This document shows positions 39,150 through 51,699 of a DNA stretch of 64,000 nt, piece after piece. The translations under genes and the position numbers were made by a program. Below the pieces are notes generated by a model. That model was not told the DNA's origin, made no database searches, and worked only from the letters and a program-made list of their open reading frames with translations. Source of the DNA: Camelus dromedarius. Taxonomy: Eukaryota. Position 1 is the first letter of the stretch. Each line of letters begins with the position of its first letter. The stretch spans positions 33,172,001-33,236,000 of the forward strand of contig NC_087447.1 of NCBI RefSeq assembly GCF_036321535.1. Direction: 5' to 3'.

Positions 39150-39750
39150 GACCCATGCGCCTCCATGTTCATAGCAGCACTATGCACGACAGCCAAGACA
39201 TGGAAACGGCCCAAATGTCCACCAACAGATGACGGGATAAAAAAGCTGTGGTATATTTATACAATGGAATACTACTCAGCCATAAAAATAGAATAAAATA
39301 ATGTCACTTGCAGCAACATGAGTGGACCTGGAGATCATCATTCTAAGTGAAGTAAGCCAGAAAGAGAAAAATACCATATGACATCACATGTAAGTAAAAT
39401 CTAAATTAAAACAAAAAAAGACACAAATGAACTTAGTTACAAAACAAAAACAGACTCACAGACATAGAAAATAAACTTACGGTTACCAGGGGAATGGTGG
39501 GGAGGGCGAAGTTGGGTGTTTGGGATTTGCAAATACTATTGTACATAAATAAACAACAAGGTTCTACTGTAGAGCACAGGGAGCTATGCTCAATATCTTA
39601 TAATAGCCTATAATGAAAGAGTATGGAAAGGAATACATATAGATAGAGATACAGATACCGATATGTAGATATGTAACTGAAACACTATGCTATAAACCAG
39701 AAACTAACACAACATTTTACACTGACTATACTTCAATTTAAAAAAAAAAG
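39150..39750 (+). mobile_element. L1 3' end (ORF2 tail plus 3' UTR)
   Basis: atgttcatagcagcactat...atggaatactactcagccataaaa...ctaagtgaagtaagccag...actgactatacttcaatttaaaaaaaaaa. Confidence 0.9.
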
Positions 39751-40699
39751 GAAAAGAAAAAGGAGATGGATCCAATAAACCAAAAATTCTTCAGGGAGAA
39801 AAAAAAGAACATACGAGTTTTAGTTCCAGCTCTGCTATTAGCAGATGACTTGCAGTTAACCACCCTGCATCCCAGAATCCTCATCAGTTTGTCGTAAGAG
39901 TGAGTTCCAGACCTACTGCTTTCCAACTTCAGACGCACCATCTAATTTAACCCACATACAATTTCATGCGTGAAGCATAGCACTCCCCTCAATTTTCTAG
40001 ACGCTTAAAGAAGTTAAATGTCTAGCAGTAAGTCACCCTGTTAGAACACACTACACCCCAGGATTTGAACTCAGAAGTCCATCTCTTATTTACCATAAGT
40101 TACTTCATGAAAGCGTTTTGAAAATAACTAGTCAAATACAGTGTTACTATGAAGTAATCACTGACACTAGCACTCTTCATGTACGGAAACTAAAGATAAA
40201 AACAGCTATACTGAATCACTAGAATGCATTTATTTTAAAAGTAAAAGTAGATGGATTTATTTCCTAATAAAACCCCCTGAAATAACATCAGATTCTGTTC
40301 AGTGCTAAGGATCTGTTCGCCTATAAATGAAAGTGAATATGGGATAATTGGGACCCTGAAAGAAGACTCACCATTAGCAAGACTTCCATAACTATAATGT
40401 AAGAAACAAGCGCCAGGAATCAGTGAAATAATGCAGGCAATCAACAAAGCGTTCTACCTGCACAGTACCGTGTGCTCCCGCAACAAATGGACAACAGGAA
40501 TGTGAAAACTGTGCAAGACGATTACATCAAGCCAGGGTATGGAAGGGACACCCCAGGAATCTGAGCTAGGACAGCACCTGCACATAAGCAGGAGACGTAT
40601 TTCAGATCCTTCCGGCAGTTAAGGCATTAGAATTCTTTAACAAGTTGGGTCCTTACATCATTTAAGCATTTTGCTTTACAGAAGAGTGGATATCATAAA

Positions 40700-41950
40700 A
40701 GTCAAGAGGAAAGGTGTGTCAGTAAAGGAGTAATGGTCAGCTTTGTCACCTGATGCTGAGAAAGTTGACTAAGATAAGGACAGACAAACATAAACAAGTT
40801 CATACTGTACAGCACAGGGAACTATATTCAATATCTTGTAATAACTTAAGATGAAAATGAATACACATATATGTTCATGTATGACTGAAGCATTATGCTG
40901 TACACCAGAAACTGACACAACATTGTAAATGGACTATACTTCAATAAAAAATATATACGTACCAAAAAAAAAAAAACAACCCTGCCAGAATTAAACATTC
41001 AATTTGGCAAGAAGTTCACTGCTGACCTTGACCAGGTAAGAGTAGTTTTGGGGAAGTAGGGTGGCAATGGGGGGCAAAGCCTGACTGTAGTCAATTAAAG
41101 AGAGAAGGCAAGACGAAGGAGACATGAAACAAGGCAAACTTTTTGAGATGTTTGGCCATAAAGAGAATAAAATTGAAGTAGTAGCCCTAGAGAGTCTTGA
41201 CATATTGAAAGAGAGTCTTGTTTAAAGACTCTCTTGTGATGGAAAAATCACAGCAGTTTATACGTTGCTGAGGATGATTCAACACGCATGAAAACATGAT
41301 CTAGGCGAGAGAACAGATCTTTGCAGGAGCAAAGTCCTGAAGAGGCAAGAGGAGTAGAGTTCCAGTCCAGAAATGGAGCAAGTTATCTTTACAACAAAAA
41401 CGGAAGCCAGTGATCAAGGAAGAGGTGGAGATAAGTCGGCATATTGGGTGGTGGGGAGATGAAGTGGTTCACATTCGCTTGTTTTTAATTTCTCAGTGAA
41501 ATGAGAAGAGAGGGTAACATCTGAGAACTGGGTGAGGAAGGAAGTATCGGATGTCTAAAAAGAAGGTAGAATATCAAAGAGTCATTTTGGGAAGAAGGAA
41601 GGAGAATTCACTAGGGAGCACAGAAGGGAGCTGAAGAGGTTCATGTGATTTGGGCCATAAATGTTAAGTGAGAGCAGTCAGCCTGGCCATGTGTTTTTCT
41701 CCAGGCTTATCCAGATATTTGGGGTAGGGACAGGGTATTTGGAAAGTTAGGTGTAATCAGAGATGAGTCGTTAGACAAACAAAGATGAATAAAAAGAGAA
41801 ACAAGGGAACTGGGGTTGTAAGGAAAGAACTGATGGTAATGAGATGCCGCGGAACCTCAGCCACTGAGGTCAGAAGGGAGGCTCTGACGACAGAGGTAGA
41901 CCGCTGAACTGGACTGGACATGATGGTGGATCTGCAGGGCCCAGATCGTT
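40700..41950 (-). mobile_element. L2 fragments
   Basis: Purine-rich strand with gatgctgagaaagttgactaagataagga...tttggcaagaagttcactgctgaccttg. Confidence 0.6.
40787..40976 (+). mobile_element. Young L1 3' end fragment inside an L2
   Basis: ataaacaag...tactgtacagcacagggaactatattcaatatc...tatacttcaataaaaa followed by poly-A. Confidence 0.85.
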
Positions 41951-41984
41951 CTTCAGAACTAAAGAATATCACCCCCCCACCCCA

Positions 41985-42310
41985 CCACTATCTCAAGTAC
42001 TGCCTGCTAATGACCTTCAGCTGTTAGCCTTTCAGAAAAACTGCCCTTGCCTGGAGCAAGCTGCCTTACCCTCAGTCGCACTCCCACCCTGAGGGCAACC
42101 TTCAGTGAAGACTGGTTCTCCTTTATCTCATCTCAGCATCATCAGGATAAAGGACTATCCCAGACTCAGAGCACTCAGTGAGATGGAGCTAACTCCTCCC
42201 TCTGCCCGATCTCCTGTCCTTCCCTTCCCCCACAGGCGTTCATCCCTGATAAACTTCCTGCACACCAGCAAACATCAGTTTGCTTCCTAGGGAACCCTAA
42301 CTGCAGCAGG
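41985..42310 (+). mobile_element. LTR16-like ERVL LTR
   Basis: ctcctgtccttcccttccccacagg...gataaacttcctgcac...tgcttcctagggaaccc is an LTR16-type 3' end. Confidence 0.65.
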
Positions 42311-42393
42311 AACCCTGATGGAGGCAAATAATTATTACAGTGAGGGTACTAGAGTATGTGAGCTGGAAAGCCAGGAGATGGAGTTAGAGAAAG

Positions 42394-42535
42394 CTAGAGC
42401 CACAGAGGGCTAGAGTCAGAGAGTGCTAGTCATAGAGTACTAGAATTAGAGTACTAGAGCCACAGAGTACTGGAGCCACAGAGTACTAGAGTCACAGAAT
42501 GCTAGAGTCACAAAGTGCTAGGGTCACAGAGCACC
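42394..42535. repeat. Minisatellite, ~9 copies of a 16-bp unit (CTAGAGTCACAGAGTA-like)
   Basis: Units read directly: ctagagccacagaggg, ctagagtcagagagtg, two 14-bp variants, ctagagccacagagta, ctggagccacagagta, ctagagtcacagaatg, ctagagtcacaaagtg, ctagggtcacagagca. Confidence 0.9.
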
Positions 42536-42959
42536 GTGCTGACACTAAGATTTGGGAGGGGACTTAGTTTTTGTTAATTACAAGGTCTTTCACAGGAGTA
42601 CGTGAAGGCAGAAGAAAAGGCCACTGTAAGTAAGAGGTCGGGAACACCAAGAAGAGCCAGGTACTGGAGGGGGCTGGTCAGCGTTAGTATTGTTCACGCA
42701 ACACCACAGCCCTCCTCCATACAACCATACAACTCTACTTCTCCATCCTCTTCCAAGTGAAGCATGGCTGCAGGATTGAGCCTGAAATCCGAGCAGAGGC
42801 GAGCCACCTCCAGGAGGAAACACTAAGAGCCAGCACCCAGCATAACACATCCTCTTCTTCCTGTCTTGGGAAGTACGGGAGCACAGAGGCAGAGGCTCCT
42901 TCAGCCTGCGTCCCTGAGTGAGGAGCGCGTCACCAGGTGAGAGTGATGAACGTGTTGCA

Positions 42960-43610
42960 CGACCTCGAAACAAGCTTCGGTTAGTTTAAGCCACTGAGCC
43001 CACCCGGCCTAGTACAGAGGACGACCGTGAGAGGCACCTCAAAGAAGGCGATCGTTAAGCTTGATCTTGAAAGATGACCAGGAATTCTGCAGGCAGAGAA
43101 GACAGGTGGGGGGACAGAAGGTGAACGTTTTGTCTCTGCAGAGTTCCGGAGAGAGGGGATCATTTAGTCGTGCAACTCCAGGAGCATCAATTAGCCCTCT
43201 ACTGGACCCTGAGGCAGAGGAGTGAGCAAACACCGTCCTGGACCTCACACCCTGACAAGACGCTGAGCGAAACTTGTAAGTTCTACCAAGAAGGTCAGAT
43301 CTTTTAACGGGGATGTGACCTAGTCTGAGAAGGTCAGAGGAGGATTTGCTGTGGAAATGATGCCTCACTCAAGACCTGGACTAGAGATGGAATAGATAAA
43401 GGGGAGAGGAGAGACGTACCAGATAAAGGAGAATGCTGGAGAAGAATTTGTCAGAAGATGGAGCCTTGTCTATTTGAAGGAAAACTGGAAAGATAAGCTT
43501 GGGCCAGATCCCATCAGGCCTGGAAGGACACGTGAAGGAGCCTGGGCCTGAGTCATGGTGATGACACAGTCCGATTTCTGTTTTCAAAGTATCACTTAGC
43601 TGTAGTGAAG
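42960..43610 (-). mobile_element. L2 fragments
   Basis: gttaagcttgatcttgaaagatga...gggccagatc...acgtgaaggagc...tcaaagtatcact. Confidence 0.55.
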
Positions 43611-44626
43611 CGAAGGGATGGGAGTAGGGGCACTGAAGGCTACATCACACTGGCATTTCACTCACGGAGATACAGCCACACCCAGCTCACCGCATCCTGC
43701 TGGGAGGCCCAGCCATTCTTTAAGATGAGAAACTAGTCAGGACTTGCCTTAGAGGCACTTCCATCTCCAGCCCATGGGCCACAGCTGCCAACCAGGCTGC
43801 CATCGGCAGCGACTGCTTCTCTGTCAGGGACTCTGTCAGCTCTTCCCAGAGACAAACTCCGGGCTCATCTCCCTCCAGCCCCTGGATGACCGCTGAGAGG
43901 CATCCGCCTCCCCTAGATTTATGCAACCCCTGCTCTCCGTGAGTCACCTGGACCCGTGGCTGCACGCCCCAGCGGCTCTGCTGATGTGTCTCTGGGTCAG
44001 TTTTGTTTTCATTTCACACCACTGGTAATCGCAGCCTCTGCGTATGTAATAATTGCCTGGTACCAGTCCAGGAAAAGACCGAACCAAAGTAAAGCAGGGA
44101 AGTTGACAACTGTACCAGAAAATTAAACTGTCACAATCTTATCTTTCTTGTTTATCTATCACGCAAGCACTAGATAAACAAAAAACACGTTGTGGTATAA
44201 ATAATAGGGGGAGAGAAAGAAAGTAAAGTGTTTAGAGTTGTCCAGTGGGGTCCCTTGAGACAAGAGGATGGAAAAAAGGATTTGACAAACTCCCTGCTTT
44301 CAGGATGGGGATGGAGGATGGAGTGGTAACACATCTGCCTAAGAAAGACTGCCTTTCCATCCTCAGGGAAAGGCACAACTCTGTAGACAGTTTCAATAGG
44401 ACTCAAGAGTACTTCAAAAGCAAATCTGATTATACAGACAATCAAAACAGAATTAACATCTTCAGCAAGCTAGGATATCCTGAGAAAATCTTAAGAAATA
44501 GCAAACAACTGAGATTTTTCAAACGAGCCTAAGACAAATGCATTTTGTTCACAGTAATAAGATTCTAAACGGTTATGAATAATCACAAAAAAACCCAAGA
44601 AACAAACAACTCCCTAATTACAGAAT

Positions 44627-44726
44627 GGGGGCAGCAGGGGTATAGTTTAGTTGGTGGAGCGCACGCTGAGCATGCACAAGGTACTTGGTTCATTCCCAGT
44701 ACCTCCATTAAAAAAAAAAAAAAAAA
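44627..44726 (+). mobile_element. tRNA-Ala-derived SINE (Vic-1-like)
   Basis: ggggtatagtttagttggtggagcgcacgctgagcatgcacaaggtacttggttcattcccagtacctcc followed by poly-A. TSD-like agaatg on both sides. Confidence 0.85.
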
Positions 44727-47700
44727 GAATGAACTGATGCTCAGAGAGATAAAGTGAGTGAGCCCAAAGCAAGGAGGGTTTTAACCATAAGCCTGAAAAG
44801 CCATCTGCCCACGTGACGAGGTGCTTTGCCTGAAGCAGGGCTCTCTCTCAAGCAATGGTCTCTCCCAGTGAGATATTCACCCAAATCTAGGAGACAGAAG
44901 GCCTAGGTTTGAAGCTGAACCTCAAAGTAGAAGTTGAATACACTCAAGTTCAGCCTCAACCTAAAGGTCTGAATCAGTCTAGGATGCTTTTCTAAGAGGA
45001 ACTACAGATAAGCTGACTACTTGAAGGATGAATGGATTAAAAAAAACCAAAAAACAAAAACCCACCTTCATTAGGCACAGGGTGATACTAAAATGAATAA
45101 GAGGCGAATAGTTGTCAAGCTCACAGAGTAAAGTCAGGAACAACCCCGGGCACCTGGTTAACACACAATAAATATCTGTCATTTCTACCTGTTAGACACT
45201 ATGCTAAGCACCCCACAGGAAGAGCTCATCACCCCACTCGTCCCACCTGACTGCTTACTACAGGAGGTAGATGTCCCCAAGTCGCGATGAGAAAACTGAG
45301 GCTCAGAGATCACCAGGTCACTTGCCCAAGGCACCATCTAGTAAGCATCAGAGCCTGGTCTGAACCTGCAGAGTCTCACTTCAAAGTCAGCGCTGTTTTC
45401 ACTGCACCAGTCCTAGCCCTCCATAACTTTTCCATCCTATGACCACGTTGGACACAGTCTAACTGATGCTGCCACGAAGAGCACGGAAACAAGGAGATCT
45501 CCAAATTCTGCGTCCGTGCACAACGCTGTTCATGACATGCCCTGGTGTTACACCCTCTGTTAAAGGAGCCCGGCTGTACTGTGCATCCTGGCTCCTGTGG
45601 CCCCGGAAGAGGTGGAAGTGTTCTGCCCCACGCTGCAACCCACCACCTGATACAACCTTAACTCAGGATGCTTAATAAGACCATTGAGTGCCTCCTATTG
45701 GATTCGAAAGTGGTGACCAAAAGGCCTGGGTTTTTAATCAAATATTGTTATAAAAAAAAATCTATAAACCCTACTGCATTTTCTATCAGCTCAAGTATAA
45801 TGCGGATCCATCTGAGATTCATCCATACAGACTGCTGTCATCTTTGAAATATTACAGCTCATCTTCTGGTGGTCTTTTGAGGTAATAAAAATACATGATT
45901 TATAGCCCTCCCCAGGATAGTCAAGTAGTTTGTTTTCATTTTCAAAAGGTATAGTCATGGACTTTAAAATGAAACCTGATGAGGCGTAACGATTCTTTAC
46001 GTATCACCAGCTTTCATCCGCACTCGAGAGTGCAGAACAAAGTTGAATTTGGTCTCACCGTCAGCAGAGTGTAGCGTTCGGGTAAGCAGCAAAGACGGAA
46101 GCAAACGCGAAGAGTTCTCTAAATAAGATAGTTTTCTCTATTCAAATTTGCTATGTAAGAATTTCCTCAAAAAGGGGAACCCAGGGAGTGTTGGCCCCTG
46201 GGGGTGGGGTGAGGAGAGGTGGGGGAAAGTTATGCCTGACTCTCTGTGCACATCAAAAAAACAAAAAAACAGAGTGAAGTAAGAAAACCAGCATTTCTTG
46301 AGACTGTGCTCCGTGCCCAGCACCATGTGCGTCCCATTTCATTATCCCCAACCATCCAATGGACTGACGTCAGTAACTACATGTAGAGCACCTACTATTG
46401 CAACTGGGGTCTCTGGGACTCCAGGAGCACATTTCTTCCACTCTGACGATTGGGCCATGGGCACAAGATGGATAATCAAGACTCAAGCTCTATTCTTGCT
46501 CTTTCCATTAGTTAACTCTAGCACTGGGCACTGCTCTTCTCTAGATCTCATTTTTCCCATCTATAAAATGGCAAGTTGGACCAGAGAGCATCGAAAGACC
46601 TCCCTGGTTCTAAAGTTCTTGACACATTCAAGTGTCCCTGTCCTCACAACTCATCATAAAACCTGCCTCTGAAGCAGTTTCTTCTGGGCCACCCGCCTTT
46701 CCTCCTATTTCAATGAGCATGAAGATGTTCCAGGTGCCTTTTCCAAGACACAAGTCCTGGGAAATATCGTTAAGATGATCTGAACTTTCACACTGTTCCT
46801 TGGTACTTGCATCAACTCAGCTGGCTTCTCCCTGAAAATGAAGAAAAGCTAGGGCTAGCAATAGACATTCACACAAAAGCACAGCTCTGGACACATCCTC
46901 CAGGGACTAGTAAGATAACTTGCAGGGACTTTAGTCTCCTGACTGTTCAGAAAGCTGGAGTTATAAAAACATGGCCACATGGCCAGTCAGCAGCCATATC
47001 AGAACTATCAATACCCTCCCATCTGCATCAAACTAGACATTTTTTTTTAAAGTGAGGGGCGTATATGATCTCTGATTTGAACTTTTAAAAATCCAGTGAG
47101 GCAGACAAGATGTGAATTATTATGACCTTTTTCAGATGAGAAAATAAAGACCTAGAGAAGAATTCCGACTTGCCCAAAGGTACACAGATAATCACTAAGC
47201 TGGTAACAGAATCAAGGTCTTCTAACTCTGGAATCGAGTGCTTTTATCCAATGTCCTGTGCTTCTCTATAATCACTGTTTTCTTCCTAAAGCAAGGGGTG
47301 AAAAATTAAATGCCTATGGAATCTAGGAATATAAATCAAATGCCAACAGAAGGCAGTAGAAGATATACATGCAAAATATGTCCCTTCCCAAAAATAAGCA
47401 AACTAGGTATCTCTTATTTTTCTTAAATATAAATCAGTCCTTCCTTCTCCTGCTCTCTCTCTCCCCCTAACTCTTTCATTTTCCTGCTTCTAAGAGCAAA
47501 GAAATGGTTCTCTCTTACAAGGTAAAAAACACAGCGCAAGGCCAGTGACACATGGAGAATGACACTAAACCTCAGTGGCAGAAGGACAACAGGAAGAATC
47601 TGTACTCTTACCTTCCCTTTACAGATGAGAAGTTAGGGGCACAGGAATGGACAGTGAATTGTGTAAGGTCGCAGAGCCAGGAGGTCTGCCCGCACTGCCA

Positions 47701-47964
47701 GGGTACGAATTCCAGCAGCAAGGCTCCGGAGTGGGTACTCATCGCTCCATAGTACCACCTCCCAGGGACTGTGAGCTACATCTCCGATCTTCCCAGAGAA
47801 GTTACAGACCCTAGTACTAATTTAACTCCTTAACATAATGGCTCCCTTTTTAAAAAACATTTTGAACCAAGCAACTTCTGCCTATCAGATTCAACCCATG
47901 GATACCTGTGCCTTAAAGCATGTTATCACAAGGAGCTTAACTGGGTGCAGGAAGCGGCGAGAGA

Positions 47965-48120
47965 GTGGATGGAGGAGGAAGGGAGGATGGAAGAGGGCAA
48001 AGAAGGAAGGAGGGGAAGAAGGAAGGGAGGGAGGGAAAGGGGAAGGAAAAGGACATGACAGGAAGTGAAAAGAGTGGAGGAAAGCAAAGAAAAAGGAAGA
48101 CAAGAAAGAAAAGGGAAAAA
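47965..48120. repeat. GA-rich low-complexity tract
   Basis: (GGAA/GGAG)n-like. Source of several spurious ORFs. Confidence 0.85.
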
Positions 48121-48150
48121 CAAGGCAATCTAGGGAGGCACCTAGTTAAC

Positions 48151-48518
48151 TTCTATGGATTGAGTTCTGCACCCCACCCCAAATATACATGTCTGTGCAC
48201 TAACCTCCAATGTGATGGCGTTTGGAGATGGGACCTTTGGGGGGTAATCATGTTTAGATAAGGTCAGGAGAGTGGTGCCTTCGTGATGAGGTTAGTGCCC
48301 TTTTAAGAGACATGAAAGAGCATGCTCACTCTCTCTGCCACACAAAGACACAGGGAGACGGCAGCCGTCTGCAAGCCAAGGAGACAGCCCTCACCTGAAC
48401 CAACCACTCTGGCGCCCTGCTCTCAGACCTCCATCCTCCAGAACTGTGAATAAATTTCCATGGTTTAAGCCATCCAGTGTACAGTGTTTTGTTGTAACAA
48501 CCCCAACTGACTGCTACA
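48151..48518 (+). mobile_element. MLT1A-like MaLR solo LTR
   Basis: ctatggattga...aatgtgatggcgtttggagatgggacctttggg...tctgcaagccaagga...cagaactgtgaataaattt...tttaagcca. TSD-like 5-mers ttaac / ataac. Confidence 0.85.
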
Positions 48519-49573
48519 ATAACCCTTTAAATTTCTCAGTTGCCTGGTGAGATGAATTTTTACATCATCTTGTAAGATAAGTGTCAAACAAACATGTTGC
48601 CTGCCAGACCAAATATTTGCAGATTAAAAATTCAAAGAAGCTTTTGGTCATCCCATGCATAGTAAAGAAGTCTTCTCAGACAGGGTTAAATACATCACAA
48701 GATAAAGTTAGATTGCTAGATTTCTGACATTTTAAAAGGATTTTCCACATATAGCTATGTCAGAGATTTGCAAATCCATGCTAAGATTTTTTTTTCCCCC
48801 TGCTGGGCTCAATTTCAGAACTAAATACTGTCATAAAGTAACACGTCTCTTTCTGCCAGTAGGAATCACAGTATATACATTTTTAGCTGACATCAGAAAA
48901 GCATTGCAAGATACCACCCCATGACTTTTTTACCCAGCCTGGTACTTGTGACCTTCAAAAATGTTTATAAACTGATGCTGAGCGCCTGCATGGAAAGCAG
49001 CACACTGAGTGAAAGATGACTAGTTTAGTTTTAGCAGGCTGTGCCCCAACCCACCTAAACCTATCAATACCTAAACTCTACTTCAGCCAATGGTACCAAC
49101 AAAACCGGTGAGCGCTTCCAAAAAGGTCCAAGGCTTCTTCACGAGTTGTGAGTCAGCTGGACTAACCAAAGAACACACGGTGTAACACAAATATGGAAGT
49201 TATATGATAGTCTCTTGCCTTCCCTACCAATAGGAGAGGAAATTCAGGGGCTATTAAGAGACTGCTGGATTCCAGGGGCAGTAAAGATTCCAAAGGTCAG
49301 GGGGATGTGGTCCTTATATTCTGTCTTTTATGCTAAGTAAAAAAAAAAAAAAAAAGCCAGACCATACAGAACTATCCCAACCCAGTCAAGAGGCAATTAC
49401 CTGACCATGAACCAAATTCTCCTAGAGAAAGAAGGGACTGATGCCAACAAAAACGACTGAGGAACGTTTCACCCAAAAGACATTGGTTGTCAGTCTCAAG
49501 AAGGCAAGAAGATGCCTTCTTATAACGTCGGTGGCCTTCCCCCATCACTTGGATTGAACTGGGCAGCAATTTT

Positions 49574-50076
49574 CCCCCTAGCTTTATTGAGATATAGTTG
49601 ACATGCAACACTATGTAAGTTTAAGGTGTGCACTGTGTGCACGTATCATTGCGAAATAATTACCACCACAGCCTTAGCTAACACCTCCATCATGTCATGT
49701 AATTACCATTTCATTCTGTGATTTTAAAATCTACTCTCTTAGCAACTTTCAAATGTACAACACGGTAATGGTTAACTGTAACCACCATGCTGTCTGTACA
49801 TTCGATCCTGAGAACTTATTCACCTTATAACTAAGGAGTTTGTACTCTCTGAGCATCAAAAGATGAATGAATAAGGGAGATGTGAGACACACACAGTGGT
49901 ATATTATTTAGCCATAAGAAGGAAGTCCTACCATTTGCAACAACATAGATGAGCCCTGGGAGTATTATGCTAAGGGAAATAAGCACTTTTGATACCACTT
50001 CTAAGAAAGCCAAACTCATAGAAATCACTAAAATGTTGATTACCAGGGGCTGGGAGACGGAAACGTGGAGAGATGT
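49574..50076 (-). mobile_element. 5'-inverted old L1 (L1MA-like) insertion
   Basis: An antisense 3' UTR (49574-~49855) is joined to a sense fragment (~49856-50076). TSD tgggcagc(a/t)atttt at 49560-49573 and 50077-50090. Confidence 0.85.
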
Positions 50077-51699
50077 TGGGCAGCTATTTTGCTTTACAAA
50101 GATAAAGGAAAATCAGCCAAGAGCGTGCGAGGCAGGAGAGCACACCACCACCAGTGATGCACTACATCCTCCTTACTGCCGGCTGCCACTCTTCTTTATA
50201 ATAATAGGTAGCATTTATTGATCACTACTTGGTGTCAAACATAGTTATAAAGCACTCTGAGTGTATTAATCCATTTCATCTCTACAAGCACCATATAGAT
50301 AGGTATATGTCAGTATTTTGATTTTACAGAGGCACAAGAGGTTAACCGGCTGCAAGGTGACCTCAGAGAATTTGAACCCCTGGCATCTACTGTATTCTGC
50401 CTCTGTGGAAGGCCACCTTAGCCTCCCCCTTCTCAGTAAGAATATTATCTTTTCTTGGTTAATTAAATGGCAATTTCCTGCAGTCACAATTCGTCAAATT
50501 ATTCATTCACCACTTTTCCCATGCAGTCAAAATAAAGTGCACAGACTTCAGTCTTTTAAAAATAAATGACTTGGTGCCGGAGGTTTAGACCTGATTCACT
50601 ACTGCATCAAATTAACCAGTGATTAAATACCAGCTTCTGAGTTACACCAACAGGGGCCTGTGGGCCTGGGAGCAGGTAGTTAATGAACACAACCTGGTGG
50701 ATAAAACCAGTCCCTGTCTTCCAGCAGCTGGATGATGAATGACAATCAGCCAAGGGCCCTCAGGAAGGAGAGCTACTTCCCTCCGTATTTCCCCATGCAA
50801 AGGGATTCCTTAGATCAAACAATCTTTCTGAACCAAAATCAGCAGTACTCCCAAGTCCAAATTCTTCCACATCTGACCGACTCCATTTCATCTAATACGA
50901 AAACCAAAACCATAAACTATTTAAACTGGTCCTTAAAAGTCATCCAGTCCAGACTCCTATGAAATGTGATCATTGAGAAAATACCAAAATAAACAGATGA
51001 GAAGAAAAGATCAAATAAACAAATAAACAAACAAACAAATAAATAAAGACAGAAGAATAATGACTCGTAACCCACTCTCCTCTGAAAGCACCATCCAAGG
51101 GTAGGATGGAAAACACCATTCAAAAGGAGGAAGATGGAAGAGAATCTCATTTCCATGCCGTCCAACTGGCCTTCAACTCTTTTTAAGTGGAAGAACCTTT
51201 CTAGAAAAGAACAGCTAATGTGTGGACAGCGTTTACTAACTGTCAGGTACTCGCCTACATTTACTAACTCCTTCAATCCTCATAGCAACCCTATGAAATA
51301 GGTTTGGGGCAATTTACCAAAGGTCACACAAGGGGCAGGGCTGGAACTCAAGCCCAGGCAGACCTGGCTCCCAAGGTAGGGCTTTAACCTCCATACCATC
51401 ACTCTCAACCAGAGTACTGTCACTTGCGAGGGGGGGAAACCTGGCTCTTGGAGGAGTTAAAAAAAAAATTAGATATTTTACAAGTTTGTGCTCCTCCAAA
51501 GAGCCACAGTTTATGAGCAGATATACAGTATATCTGTGGTATTAAACTTTCATGAGGGAATGATAAGAAAAAAAATGGCTCAAAGACACCTTCGGGAGCT
51601 GATAATGAAAAAGAAAAGTTAAGACACATTGCCCTGTGCTGAACTGACTCCATGTGGAATAACATCTAACTTGGAAACTCAATATGTAAAACAGAATTA

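Noticed and set aside
42394..42535. CRISPR-like array
   Set aside because: Head-to-tail degenerate units without spacers, no cas genes, and a eukaryotic context.
34995..44726. Three tRNA-Ala-like sequences as tRNA genes
   Set aside because: They have degenerate stems and A-rich tails, and one has a TSD-like flank. They are SINE copies.
47891..48261. Cluster of overlapping ORFs
   Set aside because: They derive from the GA-rich low-complexity tract.
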